Source: Naegleria gruberi
Lineage: Eukaryota
DNA length: 1,028 nt
Assembly: GCA_000004985.1 (NCBI GenBank)
Contig: GG739607.1
Strand: one strand, 5' to 3'
This document shows positions 1 through 1,028 of the stretch, one piece after another. Position 1 is the first letter of the stretch; every line of letters starts with the position of its first letter. Below the pieces are notes generated by a model that was given only the letters and a program-made list of their open reading frames with translations, did not search any database and was not told where the DNA came from. Position numbers and translations under genes: made by a program.

Positions 1-189
1 ATCATTATTTTCAGAGTAAATATGGAATTGAAAGTTTCGTATTGTCTTTCCTCTTAATTGTTGCTTTAAAAAATTATTCGAAAGATGATCCGATAAAATG
101 ATTGTATGATGATCAGCCTCTTCCTCCCCATGATGAACAACACAAGACTTCTGGTGATTGAATTTGGTTTTCTTCAGTGGTGATTCCAT
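1..189 (-). CDS. 5' portion of a protein-coding ORF. The start codon is the complement of 'cat' at 187-189, and 63 codons stay open to the window edge (3' end lies outside the window). Hypothetical Lys/His-rich N-terminus: MESPLKKTKFNHQKSCVVHHGEEEADHHTIILSDHLSNNFLKQQLRGKTIRNFQFHIYSENND...
   Basis: Reverse complement of 1-189 reads ATG GAA TCA CCA CTG AAG AAA ACC ... in one frame with no stop for 63 codons. The ATG sits in an A-run (aaaaaaaaaATGG). The N-terminus and 5' flank resemble the plus-strand ORF at 931, which argues this is a real gene start rather than a random ORF. I could not tell whether an intron interrupts it. Confidence 0.5.
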   Translation of the reverse strand, partial: MESPLKKTKFNHQKSCVVHHGEEEADHHTIILSDHLSNNFLKQQLRGKTIRNFQFHIYSENND

Positions 190-203
190 TTTTTTTTTAA
201 AAA
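189..203. repeat. Homopolymer tract T10 followed by A5 (ttttttttttaaaaa), directly abutting and overlapping the minus-strand start codon
   Basis: Read directly from positions 189-203. In minus sense it forms the A-rich context immediately 5' of the ATG. Confidence 0.8.
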
Positions 204-213
204 TTGTTCCTCA
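204..213 (-). promoter_or_regulatory. Conserved 5'-flank element TGAGGAACAA (minus sense), 17-26 nt upstream of the minus-strand ATG
   Basis: Reverse complement of plus 204-213 'ttgttcctca'. It aligns with TGAGGGACGAACAA at 908-921 upstream of the plus-strand ATG. Both are followed by a T/A-run and then ATGGAA. Confidence 0.4.
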
Positions 214-244
214 TATTGAATAATCCCGCGCTTTTCAATTTTAC

Positions 245-260
245 AACAACCAAAAAAAAT
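245..260 (+). repeat. Copy 1 of an exact 16-nt direct repeat aacaaccaaaaaaaat
   Basis: Exact 16/16 match to 917-932 on the same strand. Low-complexity A8 core, but the aacaacc prefix matches as well. Confidence 0.7.
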
Positions 261-281
261 TTATAATACCGATTATTATAC
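261..281 (-). promoter_or_regulatory. TATA-like elements for the minus-strand gene (minus-sense TATTATAAAT and GTATAATAATC), ~75-95 bp upstream of the ATG at 189
   Basis: Plus strand 261-281 'ttataataccgattattatac' reverse-complements to 'gtataataatcggtattataa'. This is a canonical TATAAA-type box in the correct orientation and at a plausible distance. I found no comparable TATA within 150 bp of the plus-strand ATG. Confidence 0.35.
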
Positions 282-595
282 ACTACAATTTTTCGAATCT
301 ATTCAGATTCTCGACCAAGCACTCTTGTGATGGTGTACTTTTGGAGTGTGTATCGTAGGAACAAAGTTCATTCACAGCTTCGTCATTGGACGGGGACTTT
401 TAGGAGTGGAGTTATCGCCTAGCCTTTAAGTTGCATAGTTGGAAACTAACCAAGAGTTAGACCGTGACTAATGGAAACCATAGGGAAAGTAAACATCGCG
501 AAATAATAGAAAATTAAATGGGGAAGCATCTGAAATATCTGTCAAGGATATCGAGAAGGTGATCCAATACCATCTCTTACGCTGCAATAAAATTC

Positions 596-603
596 TTACG
601 TAA
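596..603. promoter_or_regulatory. Perfect 8-bp palindrome TTACGTAA, the core of PAR/bZIP-type (RTTACGTAAY) and Yap/CREB-like binding sites. Candidate transcription-factor site in the middle of the shared intergenic region.
   Basis: cTTACGTAAc at 595-604 matches 9/10 of the PAR bZIP consensus RTTAYGTAAY. It lies roughly equidistant from the two start codons (~330 and ~410 bp). Confidence 0.3.
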
Positions 604-907
604 CGTTCTACAATATCTATTCTCTTTGATTATATTCTTATAAAATTTCCTTTCTGTTCATAATTAAATCATTACTCTCCACGCCTCGGTATCTTTACAT
701 TGTTTTGCCCGTGCTAAACTAAAGAAACCTGCTTTAAATCTTTGACAGAAGATAGCTATATGTTATTCTACAGACAAGAATAAACAATAGTTTGAATCCA
801 TCTAAACCTCGATGCCGAAAGTTACAGCGATAGTCTAGCGCTGTGCTACTTGCATCTTGGTCAATCTAGAAAACCGCACAAACGTACTAGACGTTGAGGT
901 ATTTTTT

Positions 908-921
908 TGAGGGACGAACAA
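908..921 (+). promoter_or_regulatory. Conserved 5'-flank element TGAGGGACGAACAA, 10-23 nt upstream of the plus-strand ATG (counterpart of 204-213)
   Basis: Shares TGAGG..AC..AACAA with the minus-gene flank apart from 1-nt and 2-nt indels. The position relative to the ATG is conserved in both copies. Confidence 0.4.
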
Positions 922-932
922 CCAAAAAAAAT
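917..932 (+). repeat. Copy 2 of the exact 16-nt direct repeat aacaaccaaaaaaaat. This copy forms the -14..+2 context of the plus-strand ATG.
   Basis: Exact match to 245-260. The terminal 'at' is the first two bases of the ATG at 931-933. Confidence 0.7.
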
Positions 933-1028
933 GGAACCACTTCGCAAGAAGAAAAAGATTCCCCATGATGATGTCTGCTTTGGCAGCATTGTGAAGGAAG
1001 AAAATAATCATCACAATGACGAAAATGA
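931..1028 (+). CDS. 5' portion of a protein-coding ORF: ATG at 931-933, 32 codons plus 2 nt open to the window end. Hypothetical basic N-terminus: MEPLRKKKKIPHDDVCFGSIVKEENNHHNDEN...
   Basis: ATG follows an A8 run (ccaaaaaaaATGGAA). The frame atg gaa cca ctt cgc aag aag aaa aag att ccc cat gat gat gtc tgc ttt ggc agc att gtg aag gaa gaa aat aat cat cac aat gac gaa aat ga has no stop to the window end. About 13 of ~30 aligned residues match the minus-strand ORF at 189-1 (MEPL, KKK, H, C, EE, HH), and both begin ATGGAA. Confidence 0.5.
   Translation, partial: MEPLRKKKKIPHDDVCFGSIVKEENNHHNDEN

Larger units (their letters stand above)
190..930. promoter_or_regulatory. Divergent (bidirectional) intergenic/promoter region between two head-to-head gene starts
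   Basis: Both strands have many stop codons in all frames here; only ORFs of 30 codons or fewer occur. The region is AT-rich with homopolymer tracts and lies between the minus-strand ATG at 189 and the plus-strand ATG at 931. Confidence 0.5.

Noticed and set aside
292-300. T-loop-like motif TTCGAATC suggesting a tRNA
   Set aside because: The surrounding sequence is AT-rich with no acceptor, D or anticodon stems on either strand, and no GTTC/GG pairing partners. It is an isolated palindromic TTCGAA.
291-315. TTC/GAA-rich stretch (tttcgaatctattcagattctcga) that superficially resembles a heat-shock element
   Set aside because: The GAA/TTC units are not in the alternating nGAAnnTTCnnGAAn phasing. 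TTCGAA is contiguous with no 2-bp spacer, and the following TTC units are in the same rather than alternating orientation.
330-422. Plus-strand ORF ATG(330)..TAG(420-422), 30 codons (MVYFWSVYRRNKVHSQLRHWTGTFRSGVIA)
   Set aside because: It is too short, lies in the middle of the putative promoter, has no favourable start context and no similarity to the flanking ORFs. Other small ORFs at 471-506 and 518-565 were dismissed for the same reasons.
826-895. Short inverted repeats (gtctag 833-838 / ctagac 888-893, the AGCGCT palindrome at 837-842, and cgt...acg at 882-892) as a possible terminator or hairpin RNA
   Set aside because: Stems are 6 bp or shorter with long, unstructured AT-rich loops. 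Such matches are expected by chance at this length and there is no downstream U-tract context.
896-914. GAGG / GAGGG upstream of the plus-strand ATG read as a possible Shine-Dalgarno sequence (prokaryotic interpretation)
   Set aside because: Spacing to the ATG is 17-32 nt, far outside the 5-10 nt SD window. A 740-bp ORF-free spacer, homopolymer tracts and the A-rich start context argue for a eukaryotic locus. I read the GAGG as part of the conserved TGAGG element instead.
1-1028. Mobile element, CRISPR array or tandem satellite
   Set aside because: I see no terminal inverted repeats, target-site duplications, periodic direct repeats with spacers, or transposase-like ORFs. The only repeats are the 16-mer pair and the homopolymer tracts.

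Overview
This AT-rich (~33% GC) window looks eukaryotic: long non-coding spacer, T10, A8 and T7 homopolymer runs, and A-rich 'aaaaATGG' start contexts. It may be nematode-like, but that is unproven. My main reading is a head-to-head pair of short 5' coding segments that run off opposite edges of the window. A minus-strand ORF starts at 187-189 and stays open to position 1. A plus-strand ORF starts at 931 and stays open to 1028. The two predicted N-termini are recognisably similar (MESPLKKTKFNHQKSCVVHHGEEEADHH... versus MEPLRKKKKIPHDDVCFGSIVKEENNHH...). Both begin with ATGGAA after an A-run, and both carry a related TGAGG(G)AC..AACAA element in the immediate 5' flank. This fits an inverted duplication of a gene start that shares a ~740-bp divergent promoter region, 190-930. 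Inside that region I see several candidate elements. There is a TATA-like pair serving only the minus gene. A 16-nt exact direct repeat (aacaaccaaaaaaaat) occurs at 245-260 and 917-932. A perfect bZIP/PAR-type palindrome TTACGTAA sits at 596-603. A GC-elevated central block at ~320-500 has small inverted repeats. I could support no rRNA, tRNA, CRISPR array, transposon termini or prokaryotic operon structure. All calls rest on reading the sequence by eye; no database search was possible.
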